Part shown: piece after piece, positions 42,782-50,580 of the stretch
How the letters are laid out: each line of letters starts with the position of its first letter
Numbering within the stretch: position 1 is the first letter of the stretch
NCBI GenBank assembly: GCA_963807635.1
Contig: CAWEDJ010000065.1
Span: 1-50,580, forward strand
Length of the DNA stretch: 50,580 bases
Direction of reading: 5' to 3'
Origin: an uncultured cyanobacterium
Lineage (GTDB): Bacteria; Cyanobacteriota; Cyanobacteriia; Cyanobacteriales; Microcystaceae
Position numbers and translations under genes: made by a program
Notes under the pieces: model-generated
Told to the model about the DNA's origin: nothing
The model's input: only the letters and a program-made list of their open reading frames with translations
Databases searched by the model: none

Positions 42782-44221
42782 CTAAAATTTTGGACGTGAT
42801 AGTATCATCAATTTTTCTGCTTTAACTGAGACTTGTTTTTTAGAAAATATTGAAACTAGATAACGCTTCCAAGAAAGAGGATAGTACATGACTTGACTAA
42901 CGTTCAAGCTGGCTTGGGGAAACCAGTTGGTAATGATATTAGGATCATTAATAAAGTTGAATCCAGAAAATTCAAATTTATCATTAATACTATCGCACTT
43001 ATTGCGATTTTGTGCAATGGCGAAATTAACCATGTCAGAATTCATCAATTGGCAGTAGCGATCGCTACTAATATTTATAAAAGTCGCAATAATTGTTCCA
43101 TTTTTTTTCAAGATATCGAGAAATTTTTGCAAAAATATTTCTGGTTCAGCAATATAGTGCAGGGTTTCTAAAAATAAAATATAGTCAAATTTGCGAGATG
43201 ACAAATCATTAAGCGATCGCTCCAGGTCGGGTGTTATTACTTCTATTCCTTTCTCCTTAGCAAGGGTCGCAATGATGGAATTGAGGGGAATGGCCGTTAC
43301 GTCATGGCCCATCTGAAGGAGTTTTTCCTCTGTGCTTCCGTCCCCACATCCTACGGATAAAATTTTGCGACGACCTGAACCAATTTTTTTTAAAACAGTT
43401 TGATCACAATTAGTAAGGTATTTTTTATCAAAACTACGTATCAAAAGTTTAGTTTGATTTTCTAACAGACTAGTATTAACTAATTCTCCATGAGCAATTT
43501 CCTTCATCGCCTCAATTTGGGGTTTTAATTGCTTTATGTTCAGCCCCCATTTATCAATATAGTTATTAGGAAGATGTTGAACTAAAAAACGATCAAGATT
43601 CGATAAGCAGATGACTTTCTCTAGACCACAATCGATAAAAGGATCGGCTGATGCCGCCTCTAAAATTCCGCCTCCTCCTGATATTCTAGGAAAATTATTA
43701 TAATTTCCTGAGTTAATGGCTGTAGAAAGTTGGGATTTCGTCAGAAGATAACAAGCAGAATGTTTGTTGTTGAATTGTGCGAAAATTTTTGATTGAACAC
43801 ATTGCACTGATTTTGCAATCCAATGATAACTATAATGAATATCCGTCAGTAGGATTTCATTTTCTTGATTCACTTCATAACGAACAAAACCGAGAACTTG
43901 ATTCTCTGGAAGGATTTTACTGATGTCTAGAAAGGCTTCTATATTTTGTTGAGTGATCAGGATATCATTTTCAGTATAAAGAAATAAATCGTAGTTATTA
44001 AGATTATCAATAAATAATTGGCGGTGGGCAAACACTAAGGAACGCGGATCGGCATTAGGAAGACCGACAAGACATTGAATATCATCTCCCAATTTTTTTT
44101 CTACATTAGACTGAACGATAATATCTTTTTCATAGGGTATTTTCCTCAACGATTGAAGTAAGGTATTCAAATAATTATCATTTTTGTCTCCATAGCTGGC
44201 AATTGCAATTAAAATTTTCAT
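42782..44221 (-). CDS. glycosyltransferase-like + SAM methyltransferase fusion
   Basis: N-terminal YDLFLYTENDILI; C-terminal ILSVGCGDG, FDYILF.ETLHY, LKKNG. Confidence 0.7.
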   Translation of the reverse strand: MKILIAIASYGDKNDNYLNTLLQSLRKIPYEKDIIVQSNVEKKLGDDIQCLVGLPNADPRSLVFAHRQLFIDNLNNYDLFLYTENDILITQQNIEAFLDISKILPENQVLGFVRYEVNQENEILLTDIHYSYHWIAKSVQCVQSKIFAQFNNKHSACYLLTKSQLSTAINSGNYNNFPRISGGGGILEAASADPFIDCGLEKVICLSNLDRFLVQHLPNNYIDKWGLNIKQLKPQIEAMKEIAHGELVNTSLLENQTKLLIRSFDKKYLTNCDQTVLKKIGSGRRKILSVGCGDGSTEEKLLQMGHDVTAIPLNSIIATLAKEKGIEVITPDLERSLNDLSSRKFDYILFLETLHYIAEPEIFLQKFLDILKKNGTIIATFINISSDRYCQLMNSDMVNFAIAQNRNKCDSINDKFEFSGFNFINDPNIITNWFPQASLNVSQVMYYPLSWKRYLVSIFSKKQVSVKAEKLMILSRPKF

Positions 44222-44393
44222 TGTTGAGTTATTATTCCGTTAAAATTTTAGATAATTTTTTTTTAAACAATGCTTTAAAATCATCTTTTGCTGAAAGTAA
44301 ATTTTCTTTTGAGAAAGAATTTTACGGAGAATTTAGGAGTTATGCTACCATGATTTTTCAAAAAATGGGATGAATTTTCTGAAAAAATATTGA

Positions 44394-45875
44394 TTAAAAA
44401 TTATCTCCTGAGATGGATTGGGCGGGAATGGCGGCAATAATTGCATCAATTACTTTACTCACGCTGACAATTTCTATCCCTGATACTTCGGGCGCATTTT
44501 GTCCCTTGGGAATGATAGCGCGTTTAAAGCCTAATTTAGCGGCTTCTTTCAGTCTTAATTCAATCTGGGAAACTGATCGCAACTGACCGCCTAAGCCGAC
44601 TTCGCCGATTAATACGGTACGGGGATCAACGACGCGATCGCGGAAACTAGCCACGACAGCGATCGCGATCCCCAAATCGGCGGCAGGTTCGGCGACTTCT
44701 AATCCTCCCGCCGCGGCCACATAGGCATCTAATTTGGAGAGGGGAATGCCGACTCGTTTTTCTAAAACCGCTAAAATTTGCTGTAAACGACTGTAATCCA
44801 AGCCTGTGGTTGATCTGCGGGGGGAAGGATAACTGGTGGGACTAACTAAGGCTTGTAACTCCACCACAATGGGGCGAGTTCCCTCACAGGCTACAATGGT
44901 TGCCGTCCCTGGACTGGACTCTTCCCGATTGCCCAAAAATAATTCCGAAGGATTCTCGACTTCAGTAAGACCCTCTTCTACCATTTCAAAAATCCCGATT
45001 TCATGGGTCGCCCCAAACCGATTTTTGACTGATCGCAGTAATCGATGGGAGGCATAGCGATCCCCCTGAAAATATAACACCGTATCGACCAGATGTTCTA
45101 ACACCTTGGGCCCCGCGATCGCACCTTCCTTGGTGACATGACCCACAATAAACAGGCTAATATTTTCCCGTTTGGCGACTTGCATGAGGGTAGAAGTACA
45201 TTCCCTGACTTGAGCAACGGAACCTGGGGCAGAAGTTAACGCCGCATAATAGAGATTTTGAATACTATCAATCACGGCAACCTGGGGTTTTAAGGATTCC
45301 AATTCCCGCAAAATTTCTTCTAAATCCGTTTCAGGCAATACATACAACCGAGAATCCGTATCTTCTTCCGCGATCGCCGACTTTTTCGCTTTAGCCTTGC
45401 CCCTAAACTCCGTTGATTGAGTTACGCCCAAACGAGAAGCCCGTAACTTGATTTGTTGCCCCGACTCTTCTGCTGATACATACAAAATTCTCGGCAATTT
45501 TCGAGCCAATTGGTAGGCAACCTGTAATAGTAGGGTCGATTTGCCAATACCTGGATCTCCCCCAATCAACACCAACGCCCCAGGTACAATGCCACCCCCC
45601 AAAACACGGTCTAATTCCCCATAACCAGAAAGAAAACGGGTTTGATCGTGGTCACTAATTTGAGAAAACTTGAGAGACGTTCGGGGTTGAGCAGGGCCAG
45701 TGTTTTTAGGGGTAGAGCGGATGACCGCACTCCGATTAACATTGCCTGACGGGGTAGCATTGACGATTTGTTCCTGTAAACTCCCATAAACGCCACAACT
45801 CGGACATTTTCCGTACCATTGGGGAGAATCTCCGCCACAGGCATTACAGACATAAAGCGATCGCGGTTTTGCCAT
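44394..45875 (-). CDS. radA: DNA repair protein RadA/Sms
   Basis: C4 zinc finger, GDPGIGKST, KNRFG, LonC-like C-terminus. Confidence 0.96.
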   Translation of the reverse strand: MAKPRSLYVCNACGGDSPQWYGKCPSCGVYGSLQEQIVNATPSGNVNRSAVIRSTPKNTGPAQPRTSLKFSQISDHDQTRFLSGYGELDRVLGGGIVPGALVLIGGDPGIGKSTLLLQVAYQLARKLPRILYVSAEESGQQIKLRASRLGVTQSTEFRGKAKAKKSAIAEEDTDSRLYVLPETDLEEILRELESLKPQVAVIDSIQNLYYAALTSAPGSVAQVRECTSTLMQVAKRENISLFIVGHVTKEGAIAGPKVLEHLVDTVLYFQGDRYASHRLLRSVKNRFGATHEIGIFEMVEEGLTEVENPSELFLGNREESSPGTATIVACEGTRPIVVELQALVSPTSYPSPRRSTTGLDYSRLQQILAVLEKRVGIPLSKLDAYVAAAGGLEVAEPAADLGIAIAVVASFRDRVVDPRTVLIGEVGLGGQLRSVSQIELRLKEAAKLGFKRAIIPKGQNAPEVSGIEIVSVSKVIDAIIAAIPAQSISGDNF

Positions 45876-46087
45876 TTTTGTTTCTTTGTAGAAAAATAAA
45901 GATTCTTCAAGATTTATGAGCTAAATTTGGTTTATGCTAGACATTAGAAGCACCCTGGTCTTGCTGTCTGGAGTCATATTTAAGACTCTTAGAAAGCAAA
46001 ATAGTCCCAGGAAAGCGATATAAAGAGAGAAAATTACTAATCAACGTAACTTAAAGATTAGCAATTTTACTTAACAATTAAGGAGCG

Positions 46088-46828
46088 TTGAGTAAATTGG
46101 AACCCCATAAAGAAAAAATTCTCGTTGTCGATGACGAAGCCAGTATTCGTCGTATTTTGGAAACTCGTTTGTCCATGATTGGCTACGATGTGGTCACCGC
46201 CGCCGATGGAGAAGAAGCGATCGCCATTTTCCACAAAACCGAACCCGATCTGGTGGTACTTGATGTCATGATGCCCAAGCTAGATGGCTATGGAGTGTGT
46301 CAAGAATTACGCAAAGAGTCCGATATTCCCATTATCATGTTAACGGCCCTCGGCGACGTGGCAGACAGGATCACGGGCCTAGAACTGGGAGCCGATGATT
46401 ATGTCGTCAAACCCTTCTCTCCCAAGGAACTGGAAGCCCGAATTCGCTCGGTTTTACGCCGAGTCGATAAAAATGGAATGCCTGGAATTCCCAGTTCAGG
46501 AGTCATTCAAGTCACTTCCATCCGCATTGATACCAATAAACGTCAGGTTTATAAAGGCGATGAGCGTATCCGTCTCACGGGGATGGAATTCAGCCTGTTG
46601 GAATTATTAGTCGGTCGGTCAGGGGAAGCCTTTTCCCGTTCGGATATTCTGCAGGAAGTTTGGGGCTACACACCCGAACGTCATGTGGATACCAGGGCGG
46701 TAGATGTCCATATTTCTCGGTTACGGGCTAAATTAGAGGATGATCCCAGTAATCCCGAACTCATTCTCACTGCCAGAGGAACAGGTTATCTCTTTCAACG
46801 CATTTTAGAGCCTGGAGAAGAACCTTAA
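46088..46828 (+). CDS. rpaB: OmpR-family response regulator RpaB (Ycf27)
   Basis: KILVVDDEASIRRILETRLSMIGY, ERIRLTGMEF, VWGYTPERHVD, LILTARGTGY; divergent from radA. Confidence 0.95.
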   Translation: MSKLEPHKEKILVVDDEASIRRILETRLSMIGYDVVTAADGEEAIAIFHKTEPDLVVLDVMMPKLDGYGVCQELRKESDIPIIMLTALGDVADRITGLELGADDYVVKPFSPKELEARIRSVLRRVDKNGMPGIPSSGVIQVTSIRIDTNKRQVYKGDERIRLTGMEFSLLELLVGRSGEAFSRSDILQEVWGYTPERHVDTRAVDVHISRLRAKLEDDPSNPELILTARGTGYLFQRILEPGEEP

Positions 46829-46850
46829 TGGATCTGTCCAGCGATCGCCC

Positions 46851-47495
46851 ATGAAAAAAGATCCTAATCTAATTGTGCGTCTAATCCCGTTGATAGCAGG
46901 TGTGATCGGTAGTATTTTATTACTGATCAACCGATTAACAACAGTGGAATTAACTCCCTCTCAAGCGCGTTCTGACGTAGTGGGAGTTATTCTTGCGGGG
47001 ATGTTAGCCCTCGTTTGGTTGATTTGGCAACAGGTTCAACCCGTCCCCCCCGATGCTGTTACCTTGATTGGAAAAGAAGGACTAGAATTTGCGCCCGATC
47101 TATCGGATCCCGTGAAAATCGAACTCGCCTGGGCATCCCATTTATTGTTAACCAATACGGTGACAAAATCTTTGATTGTGTATTATCAAGGTCGGGTCTT
47201 ACTACGACGGGGAATTTTAGGTATTAATTCAGAACTTAATCCAGGAACCATTGTTAAACGAGTTTTAGAAACCCAAAAACCAGTTTATCTAGTCAATTTA
47301 AACCTATACCCAGGCAAAGTAGAATTTGATTACTTACCCGAAAATACCCAAGGTTTAATTTGTCAACCGATGGGAAAAGAAGGAGTTTTAATTTTAGGGG
47401 CAAATGTCCCCCGTAGTTATACTAAACAGGATGAAAATTGGATTGAAGGTATTGCGGATAAATTAGGAAATACCCTCGATCAAGAATTAGTTTAA
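46851..47495 (+). CDS. cofactor assembly of complex C subunit B (CCB2/CCB4 family)
   Basis: Two TMs, SQARSD, ELAWASH.LL..T, YLVNL.LYPG..EFDYLPENTQ. Confidence 0.85.
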   Translation: MKKDPNLIVRLIPLIAGVIGSILLLINRLTTVELTPSQARSDVVGVILAGMLALVWLIWQQVQPVPPDAVTLIGKEGLEFAPDLSDPVKIELAWASHLLLTNTVTKSLIVYYQGRVLLRRGILGINSELNPGTIVKRVLETQKPVYLVNLNLYPGKVEFDYLPENTQGLICQPMGKEGVLILGANVPRSYTKQDENWIEGIADKLGNTLDQELV

Positions 47496-47560
47496 AAAAT
47501 TGATTTCTCTGCGATCGCCTGTTTCGTCAACTGGACAAGATAAAAATCCATACTATCATT

Positions 47561-49013
47561 CAATACCTTTGCCAAATTACGAGAGTTCAATTGTTGTAGA
47601 AACATTGTGAATACGACCAAGAGAAGTAAGGTTGGCAAAAATCTGGGCTAATAAAATAGGCTCTGGCTGTTCGGGAAGCATTTTTAACATTGCATGAGCA
47701 TAGTTCAAACCACGGTAGTAAGCTTTAAGATCAACAATGCCAGAGCCAGGATTATCTTCACGGAACTGAGCTAGAAGAAGATGGGATAAATTGACCATGA
47801 AAAAAGAAAGGTTAGCCGCATTAGTAACAGAGGTTTGACCGAGGTTCATAAAATCTTCCAATCCCCAAAACTGCTTGGCATCACGAAAATTAAATTCGAT
47901 TTGGAAGCGTAGTTTATAGTAGTCGATAATTTTGTCATAGGATAAAGTTAAGTCACTGGAAAAGAGAATTACGTGACTGCGTGCATTAGTTTTGAGATTG
48001 GTTTTCACCAAAATCACTACATTCAGGGACTGGGCAAATTCTTTGTGCAGTAAGGTAGCTTGATAAGTATCGGTTTGGATATCTTCCTCAATAATACTTT
48101 GACGCAAATATTCATCAGAAATATTCTGCCAGTTCAGCTTATCCCCGTATTTACGACGAGAGGGATGATTCGGGTCAGAATGTTGGTAAGGTATATACAG
48201 TGCTGAATCATGACGTAACTTGGAAATGATGTGGAAGTTAACCTGTTTCGCCATCTGTAAAGCATTGTTGTTTCCAAAATGACCGTCTAAGACCAAGTAA
48301 GTGAGGGGAATAAAGTTTGCTATTAACTTGACTAACTCATTAATCATTTTCTTAATTCGTAATAATTCAGGTGTAAGAACTACCTCTTTTTTATTTTTGT
48401 TCTTACTTCCTTTTGGTCGTCCTCGTTCCCGTTTTTCTTGAGGTTTTACTTCTGGAATTGGCGAGATACTACTTTTTTCTACATCCCTCTTGATTACCTG
48501 TTCTATCTGAATCGGAAATGAGTGTCTTTGTTCAACACTTACTAACGATAATGTAAAGAAAGATAGTCCCGATATTGGTTTACTGAATAGACTTGAAAAG
48601 AACCTATCTAATCCATAAGTTTTTTTGCCCGCTTTCGTTATCACTACCTCGTCTCCTGCCAGCAAATAAACATCGTTTGGAGAGAACAAATGCCGACGAA
48701 AAAATATCCAAAATACTGTTGCCCAGGGGATGACTGTATGAAAAAATCTCATCACTGTCCGATAACTACCACCAGTTCCTGCCCAACGGGAGATTCCCAA
48801 CATTGTCACTCGTCCGCTCATGCCTAACATTGCCATGATAATACGCCTCAACTGACGCATCGTTGTCACTTTTATTTCTGGTACTAGGCATTGCAAGAGT
48901 GTTAGTATGTCCAACATGGGCTGTCTGTGGTTTTCGAGGTGTTGTTTTTGAAGACTATCACTCTACTACATTCAGTCCTCTCTCTTCATCCGCTTTTTTT
49001 GGCTAAGGTCTTG
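47561..49013 (-). mobile_element. insertion sequence, IS4-superfamily-like DDE (1453 bp)
   Basis: IRs CAATACCTTTGCCAAA / CAAGACCTTAGCCAAA; ATCATT duplicated at 47555-47560 and 49014-49019. Confidence 0.88.
47577..48917 (-). CDS. DDE transposase
   Basis: 446 aa; AGDEV, VLDGHFG, Y..RFQIEFNFRDAKQ (YREK-like). Confidence 0.9.
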   Translation of the reverse strand: MLDILTLLQCLVPEIKVTTMRQLRRIIMAMLGMSGRVTMLGISRWAGTGGSYRTVMRFFHTVIPWATVFWIFFRRHLFSPNDVYLLAGDEVVITKAGKKTYGLDRFFSSLFSKPISGLSFFTLSLVSVEQRHSFPIQIEQVIKRDVEKSSISPIPEVKPQEKRERGRPKGSKNKNKKEVVLTPELLRIKKMINELVKLIANFIPLTYLVLDGHFGNNNALQMAKQVNFHIISKLRHDSALYIPYQHSDPNHPSRRKYGDKLNWQNISDEYLRQSIIEEDIQTDTYQATLLHKEFAQSLNVVILVKTNLKTNARSHVILFSSDLTLSYDKIIDYYKLRFQIEFNFRDAKQFWGLEDFMNLGQTSVTNAANLSFFMVNLSHLLLAQFREDNPGSGIVDLKAYYRGLNYAHAMLKMLPEQPEPILLAQIFANLTSLGRIHNVSTTIELS

Positions 49014-49076
49014 ATCATTACTATCATTTTTCGATCTAAGATTAGGATGAGAGCTTAGTTAAAGACTTGTAAAACT

Positions 49077-49295
49077 ATGATCAATCAGTATTTTAACGTC
49101 ATTGTAGAGAAAGATAGTGATGGTTATCTAGTTGCCTCTGTTCCTGCATTAAAAGGTTGCCATACTCAAGCAAAAAGTTATGATGAGTTGATGGAACACA
49201 TTCAAGAAGCGATTGAACTTTGTTAAGAGATAGAAAATGAAGAGTTTGAGCCGTTAGAGTTCGTAAGTGTACAACGGATAGCAGTTCAGAAATGA
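49077..49295 (+). pseudogene. hicB: hicB-family antitoxin with premature stop
   Basis: MINQYFNVIVEKDSDGYLVASVPALKGCHTQAKSYDELMEHIQEAIELC*EIENEEFEPLEFVSVQRIAVQK; TAA at 49224-49226. Confidence 0.8.
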
Positions 49296-49397
49296 GTAAC
49301 ATTCCCTCGATTACTGGAAAGCAAATGATTTCGGCTTTAAAAAAAGTAGGTTTCAACATTGCGAGAATTAAAGGAAGTCATCACTTTTTGATTCATA
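49292..49397 (+). pseudogene. hicA: hicA toxin 5' part, interrupted by IS630
   Basis: MSNIPSITGKQMISALKKVGFNIARIKGSHHFLIH, then IS end at the TA at 49396-49397. Confidence 0.85.
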
Positions 49398-50580
49398 AGC
49401 TGTTCGTAATCTAAACTGCACTAACAGAATTACCTTTATTTTTAAGTTTACGATTCCACTTAATAACTAGCCCTCCTTCATTAAGAAGATTATGTAAAAC
49501 TATTTCTAATTCTTCGACAGACTTAAAAAGCCGATGAGCAAGATACTCTTTTGTAGAGTGCCAGACTAATTCAATTAAATTATAATCTGGACTATATGCT
49601 GGTAAATATCCTAAATAAATCTTCGGCATTTCTTTTTCTATTTGCTTAATGATTTCTGCTTTTTTATGGAAACTTGCATTGTCTAATATTATTACTATCT
49701 TAGGGCCCTTCGCCTCAAACTCTTCTGCTAGATTTCCATCTTCTACCCATTCCCTCATTGCTTCTGCATAAAAAACTTTCATGACTTCATAGAACGTTTC
49801 TGAATTTCCTTTTTTGACAAATTCTACAAATCTTTTTTTATCGGAGTATCTTAGAAATCCCATCACATTTACTCGTCCTCTTTTTCGTTCTCCTGCTAAT
49901 TTTTTTCTTTTCCCCTTTTGACCCCAACATTTTCTTCTTATCACACGTAAACTGAATCCACTTTCGTCCAAAAACCATATCTGGATTAGCTTTGGGTTCT
50001 CTTTTGCGATTTTCATATACCCTTCTAGTTTCTCTTTGAATGCTTCTCTTTTTTCAATATCTTTCTTTGTTTCCAAGCTATATTTTGCCCAGATATACGA
50101 ATAGTTATTTTTTTTTAATATATTTCTAATTTGACCACTTGATAGTTTTATTCCTGTCTTTGCTTCTAAATATGTTGACAATCTTGCATTTGTCCATCTC
50201 CCAAATTCGTACCCGAATTCTTCAGGTTCCTTTTCAATTGTCTCCAACAATAACTTTACATATTCTTCTGTTGCTTTTTGATAATTTCCCTTCATTCTTT
50301 CATCTACTAAGCTTTCTAAATTCTCTGGGTCTCCATGTACGCACCAATAGGCTACTTTTCTCAAGCTACATCCCAGAAAATTAGCAATCTCAGCTTGAGT
50401 TTTTCCATCATTTAGTAATAAAAGCATCAAAATTCTTTCTCGAATATCAGGATGTCCATTCTCTTTTAGAGCTTTTTGTAGTTTTTCCTTTTGGTCTATT
50501 TTTAGAAAGTTCTTTGCTGGCATTGCTTTATTCTCTTCTTTTTACTATTTTTATTATATGCTATTTAGATATGCAACAGC
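49398..50580 (-). mobile_element. IS630-family insertion sequence (last bases beyond window)
   Basis: TA target; ends AGCTGTTCGTAATCTAAA / TTTAGATATGCAACAGC. Confidence 0.88.
49411..50523 (-). CDS. IS630-family transposase
   Basis: N-terminal HTH; FLDESGF, ILDNASFH, LPAYSPDYNLIELVW. Confidence 0.93.
   Translation of the reverse strand: MPAKNFLKIDQKEKLQKALKENGHPDIRERILMLLLLNDGKTQAEIANFLGCSLRKVAYWCVHGDPENLESLVDERMKGNYQKATEEYVKLLLETIEKEPEEFGYEFGRWTNARLSTYLEAKTGIKLSSGQIRNILKKNNYSYIWAKYSLETKKDIEKREAFKEKLEGYMKIAKENPKLIQIWFLDESGFSLRVIRRKCWGQKGKRKKLAGERKRGRVNVMGFLRYSDKKRFVEFVKKGNSETFYEVMKVFYAEAMREWVEDGNLAEEFEAKGPKIVIILDNASFHKKAEIIKQIEKEMPKIYLGYLPAYSPDYNLIELVWHSTKEYLAHRLFKSVEELEIVLHNLLNEGGLVIKWNRKLKNKGNSVSAV

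Noticed and set aside
1..50580. CRISPR array, tRNA, rRNA or prophage
   Set aside because: No repeat-spacer periodicity, cloverleaf, rRNA-like tract or phage structural gene was recognised by eye.

Overview
The window is a composite of two unrelated DNAs. Bases 1 to ~5614 are GC-rich, non-cyanobacterial sequence: a glpK-glpD-glpQ glycerol operon and a large membrane protein. At ~5615, in the middle of groEL, it switches to AT-rich, HIP1 (GCGATCGC)-rich cyanobacterial chromosome, probably from a unicellular Chroococcales-type strain. That part carries groESL with CIRCE and K-box, nusB, hpsJ-like, pgl, fraH-like, apcF, ddl, cobM, obgE, gpx, accC, radA, rpaB and ccb. Many genes, including essential ones, are split by small indels, often in homopolymers, which fits uncorrected long-read error rather than real pseudogenes. 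Accessory content includes three IS elements with resolvable ends (an IS5-family element inside a site-2 protease gene, an IS4-like DDE element, and an IS630 inside hicA), IS630-type MITEs carrying REP-like palindromes, two 21-nt HIP1-anchored micro-insertions, one intact and one dead hicBA, and a methyltransferase/glycosyltransferase islet. The best candidates for poorly described systems are (1) an ABC-ATPase plus TOPRIM-like (DUF4276-type) two-gene cassette resembling PARIS-type anti-phage systems, (2) a STAS-phosphoglycosyltransferase fusion coupled to an RsbW-like kinase, (3) a cNMP/degenerate sigma54-AAA/4Fe-4S membrane protein, and (4) a structured rpaB leader. All family assignments are from motif recognition only; no searches were run.
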